Shown here: in pieces, positions 1-10,525 of the stretch
Layout of the letters: each line of letters opens with the position of its first letter
How positions within the stretch are numbered: the first letter of the stretch is position 1
Source: an uncultured bacterium
GTDB lineage: Bacteria > Actinomycetota > Acidimicrobiia > Spongiisociales > UBA5794
NCBI GenBank assembly: GCA_963801165.1
Contig: CAWDDT010000003.1
Location: 32,001-96,000 of the forward strand
Direction: 5' to 3'
Length of the DNA: 64,000 bases
Program-made: the position numbers and the translations under genes
Notes under the pieces: model-generated
The model's input: the letters and a program-made list of their open reading frames with translations, nothing else
What the model was told of the DNA's origin: nothing
Database searches by the model: none

Positions 1-1262
1 AACACAAGCGCCGCGGGTTGCCGATGGACGTCATAGTCGCCGACTTCTTCCACTGGCCCAAGATGGGCGACTACCGGTTCGAAGAGGAGTTCTGGCCCGA
101 CCCGGCCGCAATGGTCACCGAGCTCCAGGAGCTTGGCATCGAGCTGATGGTCTCGGTGTGGCCTCAGGTTTCCTTCGAGTCGGAGAACTTCGACGAGTTC
201 AGGCAGCGCAATCTCCTTGTGCGCACCGAACGCGGGATGGATATCCATATGGCATTCGAGGGGCCGAGCGTCTTCCTGGATGCCACGAACCCTGAGACGC
301 GCGCCACCTTGTGGGACCTATGCCGAAGGAATTACTACGACCTCGGGATCAAGGCCTTCTGGCTGGACGAGGCTGAGCCGGAGTACGGCGCGTACCACTT
401 CGACAACTACCGCTATCACCTCGGCTCCAACCTCCAGATCGGCAACCTGTTTCCGCAAGCACTCGCCAGAGCCTTCTACGAGGGTCAGGTCGACGCAGGC
501 CAGGCGGAGGTCGTGAACCTGCTGCGATGCGCCTGGGCCGGCAGCCAGCGCTACGGCGCTCTGGCGTGGTCCGGCGACATCGACTCTACTTTCGAGAGCC
601 TGCGGCGCCAGATCTTGGCGGGTATCCACATGGGCGTGGCAGGCATCCCATGGTTCACTACCGACATCGGGGGGTTCCACAACGGGAACATCGAGGACCC
701 CGCCTTTCACGAGCTGCTGGTCCGCTGGTTCCAATTCGCCACCTTCTGTCCGGTCATGCGGATGCATGGTGACCGCAAACCCGCCGAACCGGTTACCGCG
801 GTGGACGGGACTCGACGCCTCGATAGCGGCGCAGCCAACGAGCTATGGAGCTTCGGCCCTGAGGTCTACCAGATACTGGCCAGCTACGTCCATCTGCGGG
901 AGGCATTGCGTCCCTACACTCGTTCCCTGATGGTCGACGCGCATGAGAGCGGTCAGCCCGTAATGCGAGGTGCGTTCTACGAGTTCCCATCGGATCCGTC
1001 AAGCTGGGACCTGGCCGACCAGTACATGTTCGGTCCCGACCTTCTCGTCGCACCCGTGGTCCGGCCTGGGGATAGGTCGCGAACCGTCTATCTCCCGTTC
1101 GGTGCGACGTGGACCAACCTCACCACCGGTGACGTGCTGGACGGTGGACAGTCCGTCACGGTTGCGGCGCCGATCGACGTCGTGCCCGTGTTCGCCCGTG
1201 ATGGGCGTCTCGGTGAGCTCATCGGCAGGGTCGGGATGCCGAACGACACCAAGTCGGTGTGA
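1..1262 (+). CDS. Glycoside hydrolase family 31 (alpha-xylosidase/alpha-glucosidase-like), 5'-partial
   Basis: Frame is open from the window edge (HKRRGLPMDVIVADFFHW); GH31 motifs WLDEAEPE, WSGDI, TTDIGGF, RMHG, QYMFGPDLLVAP. Confidence 0.9.
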   Translation, partial: HKRRGLPMDVIVADFFHWPKMGDYRFEEEFWPDPAAMVTELQELGIELMVSVWPQVSFESENFDEFRQRNLLVRTERGMDIHMAFEGPSVFLDATNPETRATLWDLCRRNYYDLGIKAFWLDEAEPEYGAYHFDNYRYHLGSNLQIGNLFPQALARAFYEGQVDAGQAEVVNLLRCAWAGSQRYGALAWSGDIDSTFESLRRQILAGIHMGVAGIPWFTTDIGGFHNGNIEDPAFHELLVRWFQFATFCPVMRMHGDRKPAEPVTAVDGTRRLDSGAANELWSFGPEVYQILASYVHLREALRPYTRSLMVDAHESGQPVMRGAFYEFPSDPSSWDLADQYMFGPDLLVAPVVRPGDRSRTVYLPFGATWTNLTTGDVLDGGQSVTVAAPIDVVPVFARDGRLGELIGRVGMPNDTKSV

Positions 1263-1404
1263 ATGCAGAGGTCGTCGCCTGACCCCGGAAGCGGTCTGCT
1301 CTTTTGAAGAGAGGACGGGCCTGCCAATCAGCTGACCCGCTCGGTAGCATCCGCAGGGTGGTGGGAACGACTCACCCCGGCATCTCATATTGGGAGGGAG
1401 TGCC

Positions 1405-2037
1405 ATGAAGAAGAGGAACCCTCGCAGCGTTCGAGCAGCCTGGTTCAGTGTCATTGTCACGGTCGTGGTCCTGGTGCCGTCGGTGGTGTTGGCATCGCAC
1501 CAATTCGTCGACGTCTCCGACGCCAACGTGTTCCACGACGCCATTGCATGGATGGCCGACAATGGGATCACCGTCGGCTGCAACCCACCGGCGAGCGACC
1601 GGTACTGCCCCGACGACTACGTCACACGGGCGCAAATGGCGGCCTTCATGCAGCGTCTCGCCCAGAAGCAGGTGGTCGATGCCGGCACACTGGATGGGAA
1701 GGACAGCTCCGATTTTATGGGCCGTGGCTACGGGCAGGTACGCGTGGTCGGCATCATCCCGTCCACCATCTATTGGGACATGGAGTTCTCCGGCCCCCAT
1801 CCGGGCTTCATCAGCGCAAGAACACCCAACGGTGGCACCACCTGTCTCAAGCCGGACCCGGCGGTTCTGTCGCTGGATGACGTTATGGGTGGTTTGATGC
1901 AAGATGCCAGCGGCAACGATACGCGGCTCTATTTCAACGGTTCATTCAACTGCGACGACGACGAGGTGGCGGTGTGGCAGAAATCCAATTTCGACGGCTC
2001 GTTCACGAATCAATCGTTCAACATTTTCGTGCCGTAG
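1405..2037 (+). CDS. Secreted S-layer homology (SLH) domain protein
   Basis: GGAGG SD, signal peptide, then FVDVSDANVFHDAIAWMADNGITVGCNPPASDRYCPDDYVTRAQMAAFM. Confidence 0.8.
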   Translation: MKKRNPRSVRAAWFSVIVTVVVLVPSVVLASHQFVDVSDANVFHDAIAWMADNGITVGCNPPASDRYCPDDYVTRAQMAAFMQRLAQKQVVDAGTLDGKDSSDFMGRGYGQVRVVGIIPSTIYWDMEFSGPHPGFISARTPNGGTTCLKPDPAVLSLDDVMGGLMQDASGNDTRLYFNGSFNCDDDEVAVWQKSNFDGSFTNQSFNIFVP

Positions 2038-2390
2038 GCCCCACGACGGGTCCGGTCCGCGTTGTGTGTTCCAGATCACCCTCGCCAATTCGCCATGCTC
2101 TCCAAGTTAAATCAATCACGTTTGATGTGTTAAGACATCTATGTCAAACAACGCTGATGTGTATTCATCTGGCGATTGCGTGGTGGTAGTCGCGTCGCAG
2201 GGATCATTTGACGTCGGATACCTGACTCCTGGCAGAAAATCCAGGACGCACAATTCGGTGACCGACCGCCATGCCCCAGGGCGATCCGACGGTCTGGACA
2301 GCTTGTCCCTTGGCTACATCAGAGGCGATGCCGATGTGCTCGAGCGACATGGATAGCGGGGCTCTGGCAGGGGCCATGATGTATCGACTG

Positions 2391-2825
2391 TCACCCCGAG
2401 GGGTTGGTGCGGAAGGCCTCCGCTGCCACGTAGGTGTCGAAGAATTCCTGGAAGGCGATGATCTGGCCGTTCTCCAGTGTTGCGACGTGGACGAAATCTG
2501 ACTCGTAGGTCTTGCCGGTGTATTTGGCCAAACAGCGCATGAACCCGACAACTGCCACGTTATCCTCGTCGTCGGTAAGGAAGAGGCGCGGCTCGAGAGC
2601 GAGTATTTCCTCGGCTTCCCTCCCAATGGCCAGCCACTCGAGGAATCCCTGGTGACCATGCCTCGTTCCGGCTGCCGGGTTGAAAGGGTTGTCTGGCTCG
2701 CCCCATGTCACGTCAGGGCTGAGCATCGCGAGCATTGCATCGACGTCGGCTCGGGCAAAGGCGGTGTACATCTCCTGGACGACCGCGACATTTCGGTTTG
2801 CGTCGGAGGGTCGGTTTGAGTCCAC
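2391..2825 (-). CDS. NTF2/SnoaL-like family protein
   Basis: NVAVVQEMYTAFARADVDAMLAMLSPDVTW...FQEFFDT pattern typical of ketosteroid-isomerase-like proteins. Confidence 0.8.
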   Translation of the reverse strand: MDSNRPSDANRNVAVVQEMYTAFARADVDAMLAMLSPDVTWGEPDNPFNPAAGTRHGHQGFLEWLAIGREAEEILALEPRLFLTDDEDNVAVVGFMRCLAKYTGKTYESDFVHVATLENGQIIAFQEFFDTYVAAEAFRTNPSG

Positions 2826-2985
2826 GGCTGCCCGCCTTTACTTTCTCTCGCGAACACGTCTTCAAGACCGGTCGAATGGCCGCCCGACACAGACAGCTTG
2901 ATGATAGCGGCCGGCATGAGAAGGGTTCATTGCGCCTTCCAACAACTTCACGGCCGAGCGGACACCGGTCGCCGGCACGATGGAG

Positions 2986-5338
2986 TCAGCCCACGTACTC
3001 GGCGAGATGCTCGCCGGTGAGGGTCGAACGAGCTGCCACCAGGTCGGCCGGGGTGCCCTCGAACACCACCCGGCCGCCGGCGTGCCCGGCACCGGGACCG
3101 AGGTCGATGATCCAGTCGGCGTGGGCCATCACCGCCTGATGGTGCGAGATCACTATGACCGACTTGCCCGAATCTACGAGCTGGTCGAGAAGACCTAGCA
3201 GGTGGTCGACATCGGCGAGATGGAGCCCATTGGTCGGCTCGTCGAGTACGTAGATCCCACCCTCCTCGGCCATCTGGATGGCCAGCTTCAAGCGTTGGCG
3301 TTCGCCTCCAGAGAGGGTTGTCAGCGGCTGACCGAGGCTCAGATAACCGAGCCCGACATCGGCCATCCGCGTAAGGATTTTGTGGGCGGCCGGTGTCTTT
3401 GCCTTCCCGTCGCCGAAGAACTCCAGCGCCTCGGTGACAGGCATGGCGAGCACCTCGCTGATATCGCTGTCCGGCGAGCTTGTACTCCAGCACGGACGTG
3501 TCAAAGCGCTTTCCCTCGCACTCCTCGCAGGTGGTTGCGACTGTGTCCATGAAGCCGAGCTGTGTGTAAATGACCCCGGCCCCGTTGCAGCTGGGACAGG
3601 CACCGTCGGAGTTCGGGCTGAACAGGCCCGCCTTCACTCCGTTGGCGTTGGCGAACTGCTTTCGTATCGAGTCGAGCATCCCGGTGTAGGTGGCCGGGTT
3701 GCTGCGTCGCGAGCCACGGATCGGGGTTTGGTCGACCGCAACCACACCGTCCCGGTTCGACACAGAGCCGTGGATCAGTGAGCTCTTCCCGGACCCGGCA
3801 ACGCCGGTTACCACCACCAGGATTCCGAGGGGGATGTCGACATCGACATCCTTCAGGTTGTGAGTGCCGGCGCCGCGCACTTCGAGCACCTGCGAGGAGG
3901 TACGCACCGATGGCTTGAGCGCTGCCCGGTCGTCGAGGTGGCGTCCGGTGATCGTGTCGCTGGCACGCAACTCATCGACCGAGCCCTCGAACACAATTTC
4001 GCCGCCCCCGGTGCCCGCACCGGGCCCGAGATCGACGACGTGATCGGCGATCTCGATCATCTCCGGCTTGTGCTCGACAACCAGGACCGTGTTGCCCTTG
4101 TCGCGCAGTTGCATCAGAAGGTTGTTCATCCTCTGAATGTCGTGCGGGTGCATCCCGATCGACGGCTCGTCGAAAACATAGGTGACGTCGGTGAGGGCGG
4201 ACCCGAGATGGCGGATCATCTTGGTTCGCTGTGCCTCGCCGCCCGATAGCGTCCCCGAGGCTCTGTCCAGTGACAGGTAGCCGAGGCCGATCTCGACGAA
4301 TGAGTCGAGGGTGTGCTGGAGGTTGGCAAGCAGTGGCTCGGCCGATGGTTCGTCCAGATCTTCCAGCCAGGCCGCCAGGTCGCTTATCTGCATAGCGCAA
4401 GCGTCGGCGATGTTGATACCGTTGATCTTCGACGAGCGGGCGGCCGCGCTGAGTCGTGTCCCGCCGCAGTCGGGGCAAGCCGTGAAGGTGGCTGCCCGAT
4501 CGACGAAATCTCGGATGTGTGGCTGCAGCGAGTCGGGGTCTTTGGAGAAGAACGACTTCTGGATCTTCGGTATCAGCCCCTCATATGTGGTGTTGATCCC
4601 CTTCATCTTGACCTTGGTCGGGTCTTTGTAGAGGAAGTCGTTGAGCTCTTTCTTGGTGTACTTGTTGATCGGCTTGTCAGGGTCAACGAAGCCGGACTCG
4701 GTGAACGACCGCACCATCCAGCCGCCTGCCTTGTAGCCGGGAATGGTGATGGCGCCGTCGTTGAGCGACTTGGAGTCGTCGTATAGGGCGGTCAGGTCGA
4801 TATCGGAGACCGTGCCCCGGCCTTCGCACCGCGGGCACATGCCGCCCTGATAGACGGCCTTGCGGACCACGATCCGCTCTCCCTTGCCTTTGTCGACGGT
4901 CATCGCGCCGCTTGCCGTGCGTGTCGGAACGTTGAACGAGAACGCGACGGGCGAGCCGATGTGGGGCTTCCCGAGCCTGCTGAACAGGATGCGCAGTAGT
5001 GCGTTGGCGTCGGAGGCTGTGCCCACCGTGGAGCGCACATCACCCCCCATCGGCTGTTGATCGACAGCAATCGCGGTCGTCAATCCCTCGAGAACGTCGA
5101 CCTCGGGTCGTGCCAGCGAGGGCATGAAGCCTTGCACGAAGGCGGAGTAGGTCTCGTTGATCATCCGCTGCGACTCTGCGGCGATCGTGTCGAAGACAAG
5201 TGAGCTCTTTCCGGAACCCGACACTCCCGTGAAGACCGTCAACCGGCGTTTGGGGAGCTCGACGCTGACGTTTTTCAGATTGTTGACCCGTGCCCCGGTT
5301 ACGCGGATCAGGTCGTGGCTGTCTGCCGCGTGCGTCAT
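2986..5338 (-). pseudogene. uvrA: Class II UvrA-like ABC ATPase (DrrC-like), frameshifted near 3466-3472 (true pseudogene or sequencing error)
   Basis: GVSGSGKSS, CxxC zinc fingers, LSGGEAQR and second Walker A GVAGSGKSS lie in ORF 2948..5416; the C-terminus (DISEVLAMPV...LSGGERQR...LDEP...STLTGEHL) lies in ORF 2986..3603; ATGA overlap with the upstream VOC gene. Confidence 0.85.
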
Positions 5339-5748
5339 GACCGGGAGGTGGGTGGCTGATCGATGCGGACGAGGTTGCCGGAAGGGTCGCGTACGGCAAA
5401 GTCGCGCGTGCCCCACGGCTGGTCGGCGGGCTCGGACACGATCTCGGCGCCTGCGTCCCGTACCTTCTCGAACGTGGCGTCGAGGTCGTCGGTGTGGAAG
5501 TGGACACCGTTGAGGGCGCCTTTGGCTACGAGGGTGGTGACCGCCTCGTTATCGGCAGGGCTGCCGTTCAGGTAATTGGTGAGGACGATCGAGACGCCTG
5601 GCTGGGATGCAGAACCTACGGTGATCCACCTCAATTCCCCGCGGGCGACGTCGTTGCGCAACTCCAGACCAAGGCCATCCCTGTAGAAGGCGAGGGCCTG
5701 GCCAGGGTCCGCCACTATTACGAAGCACTGAGAGAGTGTGATATCCAT
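5335..5748 (-). CDS. VOC (glyoxalase/bleomycin-resistance) family protein
   Basis: ALAFYRDGLGLE...EPADQPWGTRDFAVRDPSGNLVRI. Confidence 0.88.
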   Translation of the reverse strand: MDITLSQCFVIVADPGQALAFYRDGLGLELRNDVARGELRWITVGSASQPGVSIVLTNYLNGSPADNEAVTTLVAKGALNGVHFHTDDLDATFEKVRDAGAEIVSEPADQPWGTRDFAVRDPSGNLVRIDQPPTSRS

Positions 5749-5758
5749 GCCTGCAAAC

Positions 5759-6199
5759 CTACAGAGCGGCGGCCCCGTGCGCTTCTCCGATCCTGCTCGG
5801 TTTGCGCTTTGGGCGAGTGAGATCTCTGGCGATGCAGCCCGGCACGCCCGCAAGCACGCTGTGGTCGCGGGCCCGGTAGGCCGACGGGGTCTCGCCCACG
5901 ATCTCGGTGAAACGTGCGCTGAACGAGCCGAGCGAGGTGCACCCGACGGCGAAACAGACATCGGTGACCGACATGTCGCCGCGACGGAGCAGCGCCTTCG
6001 CCCGCTCGATTCGCCGTGTCATCAAGTAGGAATAGGGCGTCTCCCCGTAGGTAGCACGAAACCGCCGCGAGAAATGTGCAGCGGACATCAGCGCTTCACG
6101 AGCGATGGCTGCGACATCCAGCGGCCGGTCGTACTCGCGGTCCATCAGATCTCGAGCCCGGCGTAGATATGCGAGGTTGGCTAGGTCCTCAGACGTCAT
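5759..6199 (-). CDS. AraC-family HTH regulator (stand-alone DNA-binding domain)
   Basis: LRRARDLMDREY, HFSRRFRATYGETP, VTDVCFAVGCTSLGSFS; probably leaderless (TAGCCT -10 six nt upstream of ATG). Confidence 0.88.
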   Translation of the reverse strand: MTSEDLANLAYLRRARDLMDREYDRPLDVAAIAREALMSAAHFSRRFRATYGETPYSYLMTRRIERAKALLRRGDMSVTDVCFAVGCTSLGSFSARFTEIVGETPSAYRARDHSVLAGVPGCIARDLTRPKRKPSRIGEAHGAAAL

Positions 6200-6337
6200 T
6201 ACCTCAGGCTAGCGGCGGGCCGGGAATGCGACGGGCGTGGGCGAGCGGCCGTGTACGAATCCGGGGTAGCGAGCCTTGGACGCTCTCGTCACGCACCGAC
6301 CGCCACTCCTTCGGACCGGTTCGCCGGGGGCGCTAGG

Positions 6338-7648
6338 TCAGACTGGTTTTGGTGGAGGAATAGTGGAGCTGTCGCCGCTTTTGGCCCGTGCTTCGATCCT
6401 TGCCAGTGCCCGGTAGGCCAGGATTCCACTGGCCAGCGTCGCCACCCCGCCCAGACCGAGGGCGATCCGCGCTCCGAACTGCTCGCCGATCCACCCGACG
6501 ATGGGCCCCCCGATCGGTGTGGATCCGAGGAATGCAACCGCCCACAGGGCCATCACCCTGCCCCGCATGGCGGGATTCGCCGCCAGCTGCAGCGTGGCGT
6601 TGCCCAGGGCGAGGAATCGAATGGAGGCGGCTCCAAGGAGGATCATGATGGCGTAGCAGATGGCCAGAGTCGGCGCCATCGACGTCAGCATCTGGATCGA
6701 CCCGAACACGATCGCCGTCCAAGCTAGTGACGTTGCCGGCTTACGCCCTCCGGCGGCGGTGGCCAAACCCCCGACGACGGCTCCGATACCGGTCAGCGCC
6801 GACATGGTGGCGTATGTTCCGGCATCGCCGCCGAAGGTGAACTTGGCGAGGAGCGGCAACACCACCTGATACTCGTAGGCGAGGGTGCCGACTATTGCCA
6901 GCATCACCAGTGGGACCAGCACCTCCGGCGTGTTCCTCACGTAGCGGAGACCCTCCCGGAGCTGGCCCGGTCGTCGCGTCTGGGAGGGCGCCCGTAGCAA
7001 ACGGGCTGGGTTCATGAGAGCGAGGGCGATCAGCACGGCACCGTATGACAGGCCGTTGATGAAGAAGCAGGGGGCAAGTCCGATGGTGACGATCAGGGCA
7101 CCGGCGAAGCCCGGACCGATCACCCTGGCGACATTGACGACCACCGCATTGAGACTGACCGCATTCGTGAGGTCGTCGGGACCCACCATCTCGTGGATGA
7201 AGGTCTGGCGGGTGGGGTTGTCCACCACCTGTACAAACCCGAGTGCCACGGCCAGCAAGTACACCATCCACACGGTGACGACGTCGGTGGCGACCAGCAG
7301 GCCGAGAATGCCCGCGAGCACCGCCGGGATGGCCTGGGTGGCAATCAGCACGCGTCGCTTGTCGTACCGGTCGGCAAGAACGCCGCCCCACGGGCCCAGC
7401 AGCAGCAGCGGGAGGAACTGGAGCGCCGAGACCACGCCAAGAGCCGTCCCGCTTCCCGTGAGCTCGAGCACGAGCCACGATTGCGCCACGCGCTGCATCC
7501 AGGTGCCTGAGAGCGAGATCACCTGTCCGATGAAGTAGAGCCGGTAGTTCGGGATCCGCAGCGACGAGAAGATCCGGGTGACCGCCTCGAGACGCGACGA
7601 GCGCCGATCGTCCGTCGACTCACCGCGTGATTCTTCGGATGACCTCAT
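6338..7648 (-). CDS. MFS transporter
   Basis: NYRLYFIGQVISLSGTWMQRVAQSWLV, GVLADRYDKRR motif A, about 12 hydrophobic segments; start uncertain. Confidence 0.88.
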   Translation of the reverse strand: MRSSEESRGESTDDRRSSRLEAVTRIFSSLRIPNYRLYFIGQVISLSGTWMQRVAQSWLVLELTGSGTALGVVSALQFLPLLLLGPWGGVLADRYDKRRVLIATQAIPAVLAGILGLLVATDVVTVWMVYLLAVALGFVQVVDNPTRQTFIHEMVGPDDLTNAVSLNAVVVNVARVIGPGFAGALIVTIGLAPCFFINGLSYGAVLIALALMNPARLLRAPSQTRRPGQLREGLRYVRNTPEVLVPLVMLAIVGTLAYEYQVVLPLLAKFTFGGDAGTYATMSALTGIGAVVGGLATAAGGRKPATSLAWTAIVFGSIQMLTSMAPTLAICYAIMILLGAASIRFLALGNATLQLAANPAMRGRVMALWAVAFLGSTPIGGPIVGWIGEQFGARIALGLGGVATLASGILAYRALARIEARAKSGDSSTIPPPKPV

Positions 7649-8137
7649 TCGTAGATTGTCCCGACGGTCATGCGTTCGTGGTGGTGCTCGGGGATTGTGG
7701 TCCTGGGGCGCGGCATATGCGCCATTGTGGTTCCTGCGGAGGCCGTTTGTGGCATCTGCATCGAGAGCCGACTCCGGAGAGCCTCGACCCCGGGCGGCCT
7801 CGAGCGCTCCAGGACGAGCTGAAACCACGCCCGACATGACCATCCCGTTGGCGAAGGGTCAATGCCGGGCGGCCCGAACTCGCAACGAGACGGTCGCCGC
7901 AGAGTCGGTGATCGCGACGATCCGGTCGGTCGGGAGCGTCAGCTCGTCTTGCGCCAGTTGACTTTGACCACCATCGTTGCCCTCCTTTGGATGGTTGTGG
8001 GGCGAGGCTTCGACGGGTTAGCTGATCCCATCGTGTCGCTTGGTAACGATGCGCTTCGTGAGATCTGATTGGGGCAGGATTGTCTTCATCGATACGCCAT
8101 GACGCCGGGCGGGTTGGTGCGATGTAGGGTGTGCGCC

Positions 8138-8770
8138 ATGCCGAGCTTCGACGCCATCACCTCATTTGCCGCCGTAGCGTTCGTCGTCATTGTGATCCCC
8201 GGGCCGAGCGTGTTGTTCATCATCGGTCGGGCGCTGGCACACGGTCGCCGGGTGGCGATCTTGTCGGTCCTGGGCAATGCCGCAGGCGTGTTAGTACAGG
8301 CGCTGGCCGTCGCCATCGGTCTTGGTGCCATCGTGGCTCGCTCGATCACCGTTCTGACGGTGCTGCGTCTCGTCGGCGCCGCATATCTCGTGTACCTCGG
8401 CGTAGAGGCAATCCGTCACCGGAAGGCGCTCGCAACTGCAGGAACGACGTCACCGGGAAGCGAGGCAGGACAGCGTCTCCGACAGGGGTTCGTGGTCGGT
8501 GTGTCGAACCCCAAGGGCTTTGTCTTGTTCTCAGCGATCTTGCCGCAGTTCGTCGACACCGCAATCGGCCACGTCTCGGCCCAGATGGTCTTGTTCGGTG
8601 CGGTTGCGGTCGCGATCGCGGTGATTAGCGATTCCGTGTGGGCGCTCGTCGCGGATTCGGCACGGCGCTGGTTCGCTCGATCGTCGTACCGCAGCGACCT
8701 CATCGGTGCGACCGGCGGGGCGATGATGATCGGACTCGGCGTTCACCTTGCGGTGTCGGGCCGTCGCTAG
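8138..8770 (+). CDS. LysE/RhtB-family translocator
   Basis: VIPGPSVLFII, GAAYLVYLG, GFVVGVSNPK motifs. Confidence 0.88.
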   Translation: MPSFDAITSFAAVAFVVIVIPGPSVLFIIGRALAHGRRVAILSVLGNAAGVLVQALAVAIGLGAIVARSITVLTVLRLVGAAYLVYLGVEAIRHRKALATAGTTSPGSEAGQRLRQGFVVGVSNPKGFVLFSAILPQFVDTAIGHVSAQMVLFGAVAVAIAVISDSVWALVADSARRWFARSSYRSDLIGATGGAMMIGLGVHLAVSGRR

Positions 8771-8821
8771 CACGAGCGATGAGGCGCAGCTGAGCCGCCC
8801 CGATTCGCGCAACGGGTACCG

Positions 8822-9238
8822 TCAGTCGGTATTCGTGTGGGGCTGGACAATGCGAAGCGCGTTGCCAAAGGGGTCTCGAATCCCGATGTCGATGCCGTAG
8901 AACTGCTCAACGGGCTCTTGGGTGATGTCGACGCCTTGTGCCGCCAGTCGCTCATAGAGGGCACGGCAATCGTCGGTACGGAACCCGAGCCAGCCTCCGC
9001 CGGCGCCCTTGGTGACGTTGGCCCTCACCTTGTCCGCGGTCAGCTCGTCCATTGCCGGTGGCCCCGGAACCTCGAGCAGGATCTCCCGGTCCTCGTCGGG
9101 AACGCCGACCGTCAGCCAGCGCATGAAGCCCATGTCGATGTCGTTCTTCACCTCGAGACCGAGCACATCGACGTAGAAGTCGAGAGCCTCCTGCTGGTCG
9201 AGGACATATATCGATGAGAGGTTTGTGTTGGTAAGCAT
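8822..9238 (-). CDS. VOC family protein
   Basis: VLDQQEALDFYVDVLGLEV...RWLTV...YGIDIGIRDPFGN. Confidence 0.88.
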   Translation of the reverse strand: MLTNTNLSSIYVLDQQEALDFYVDVLGLEVKNDIDMGFMRWLTVGVPDEDREILLEVPGPPAMDELTADKVRANVTKGAGGGWLGFRTDDCRALYERLAAQGVDITQEPVEQFYGIDIGIRDPFGNALRIVQPHTNTD

Positions 9239-9247
9239 GTCCTGAAT

Positions 9248-9670
9248 CTAGGCAAGCGGCTCTCGTGGAGCTTGTCCAAAACTGCTCGGTCGCATCCATG
9301 TCATTGTGAAGCAGGTCGGCGCCGGGCCGGTGGGTCCACGCTGTCGATAATGCGACGGCGTTTCACCAACGACCTGCCTGAATGTCCTGATGAAAGTACT
9401 CAGGCTGGCGAAACCGACTTCGAAGCAGATGTCGGTGATGGTCAGCCCCGTGTTGCGGAGTCGGAACATGGCGCGCTCGATCCGTCTTCTTTGGAGGTAG
9501 CGGTGCGGTGTCTCTCCGAACGTCTCCTTGAACCGTCTTATGAAATGCGCCTCAGAGACGTGAGCGATTCCGGCCAATGTCGGGATGTCCAGCGGCTCGG
9601 CGTACGTACGGTCCATGGCGTCGCGAGCGCGCAACACCCACCGGTTCGATTCTTCGGTGGCGCGGGTCAT
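9248..9670 (-). CDS. AraC-family HTH regulator
   Basis: LRARDAMDRTYAEPLDIPTLA, HFIRRFKETFGETPHRYL; paralog of 5759..6199. Confidence 0.88.
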   Translation of the reverse strand: MTRATEESNRWVLRARDAMDRTYAEPLDIPTLAGIAHVSEAHFIRRFKETFGETPHRYLQRRRIERAMFRLRNTGLTITDICFEVGFASLSTFIRTFRQVVGETPSHYRQRGPTGPAPTCFTMTWMRPSSFGQAPREPLA

Positions 9671-9914
9671 CGTGTCCATCCTGTTGAATGCTTCACCGGG
9701 AATCAAACTACTTCAATCTCTACCGTTGCTCCCGACAGGGAGCTCCGGATAGCTCGTCGTGCGGTGCGATTCAACCCGTGGGAGCAAGAGAGCGAGTGGG
9801 GAAAACCAGGTCAGCCTCGGCCTGGAGTACACAATGATTCGAGGCAAGGGCGCAAGCGCCAGGCTCCGCGGAGGAGGTAAGCGGGAATCCCAGGCAAACA
9901 GCCGGCTGGCTGCG

Positions 9915-10130
9915 ATGTCCGCTCGCATCGACTCTGCGCGAAGCGCATCGCTGGTGCGAAAGCCAGTTTTCGACCGGGCACTCCACGTCGTTTCCTACGA
10001 GATAGTGCTGCGGGACGGCCCAATCACGGAAATCGCGGTCGAGGGCGCCGATGATGGCGAAGGAAGGCGGCTCAGGGTCAACTCCGCGGTTGACCTCGAT
10101 CTAGCTCAAATCGGTGCCGGCAAGCGGGCG
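9915..10130 (+). pseudogene. N-terminal fragment of an EAL/HDOD-type signalling protein
   Basis: RKPVFDRALHVVSYEIVLRDG...VNSAVDLDLAQIGAGKRA resembles the RQPIFD..L.V..YELLFR...GKRAF start of that family; similarity stops abruptly at about 10130. Confidence 0.5.
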
Positions 10131-10131
10131 C

Positions 10132-10434
10132 AGCTACGGCGATTCGTTCGAGGATACCGACCTGGAGCAGGTGCTCGCCGAGCGCGGCGTAGGCCGGTTG
10201 GTGGTGACCGGTGCGCAGACTGACGAATGCATCCGCTCGACTATCCATGGGGCCTTTGTTCGCAGTTACGACGTGACTCTGGTCGGCGATGCCCACACGA
10301 CGGAGGATTCGACCGCATGGGGTGCTCTCCCGCCAGACAAGGTGATTGCACACACGAACCTCTACTGGAAGTATCAATCCTCACCTCGGCGCCATGCCGG
10401 CACCGTCGACACAGCCGAGGTCAGCTTCGAGTGA
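10132..10434 (+). pseudogene. C-terminal fragment of an isochorismatase/cysteine hydrolase
   Basis: SYGDSFEDTDLEQVLAERGVGRLVVTGAQTDECIRST...DVTLVGDAHTT; the N-terminal half with the catalytic Asp is absent. Confidence 0.75.
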
Positions 10435-10525
10435 TCGGGTGGGCGGCGAAACGCCTCAGGTAACGGGGGCGCTCTGGTGGGTTGAACGCCGCATGACCCG
10501 CCCTGCCGGCTCAGTGAGCACGTAG

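Noticed and set aside
2850-2866. LexA SOS box (CGAACACGTCTTC)
   Set aside because: Three mismatches to TCGAAC-N4-GTTCGA, and it lies downstream of uvrA rather than upstream
3460-3480. Programmed ribosomal frameshift in uvrA
   Set aside because: No slippery sequence or obvious stimulatory structure at the site
9830-9915. c-di-GMP-I riboswitch before the EAL/HDOD fragment
   Set aside because: GGCAA and CGCAA words are present, but the GAAA-capped P2 stem and correct spacing are missing
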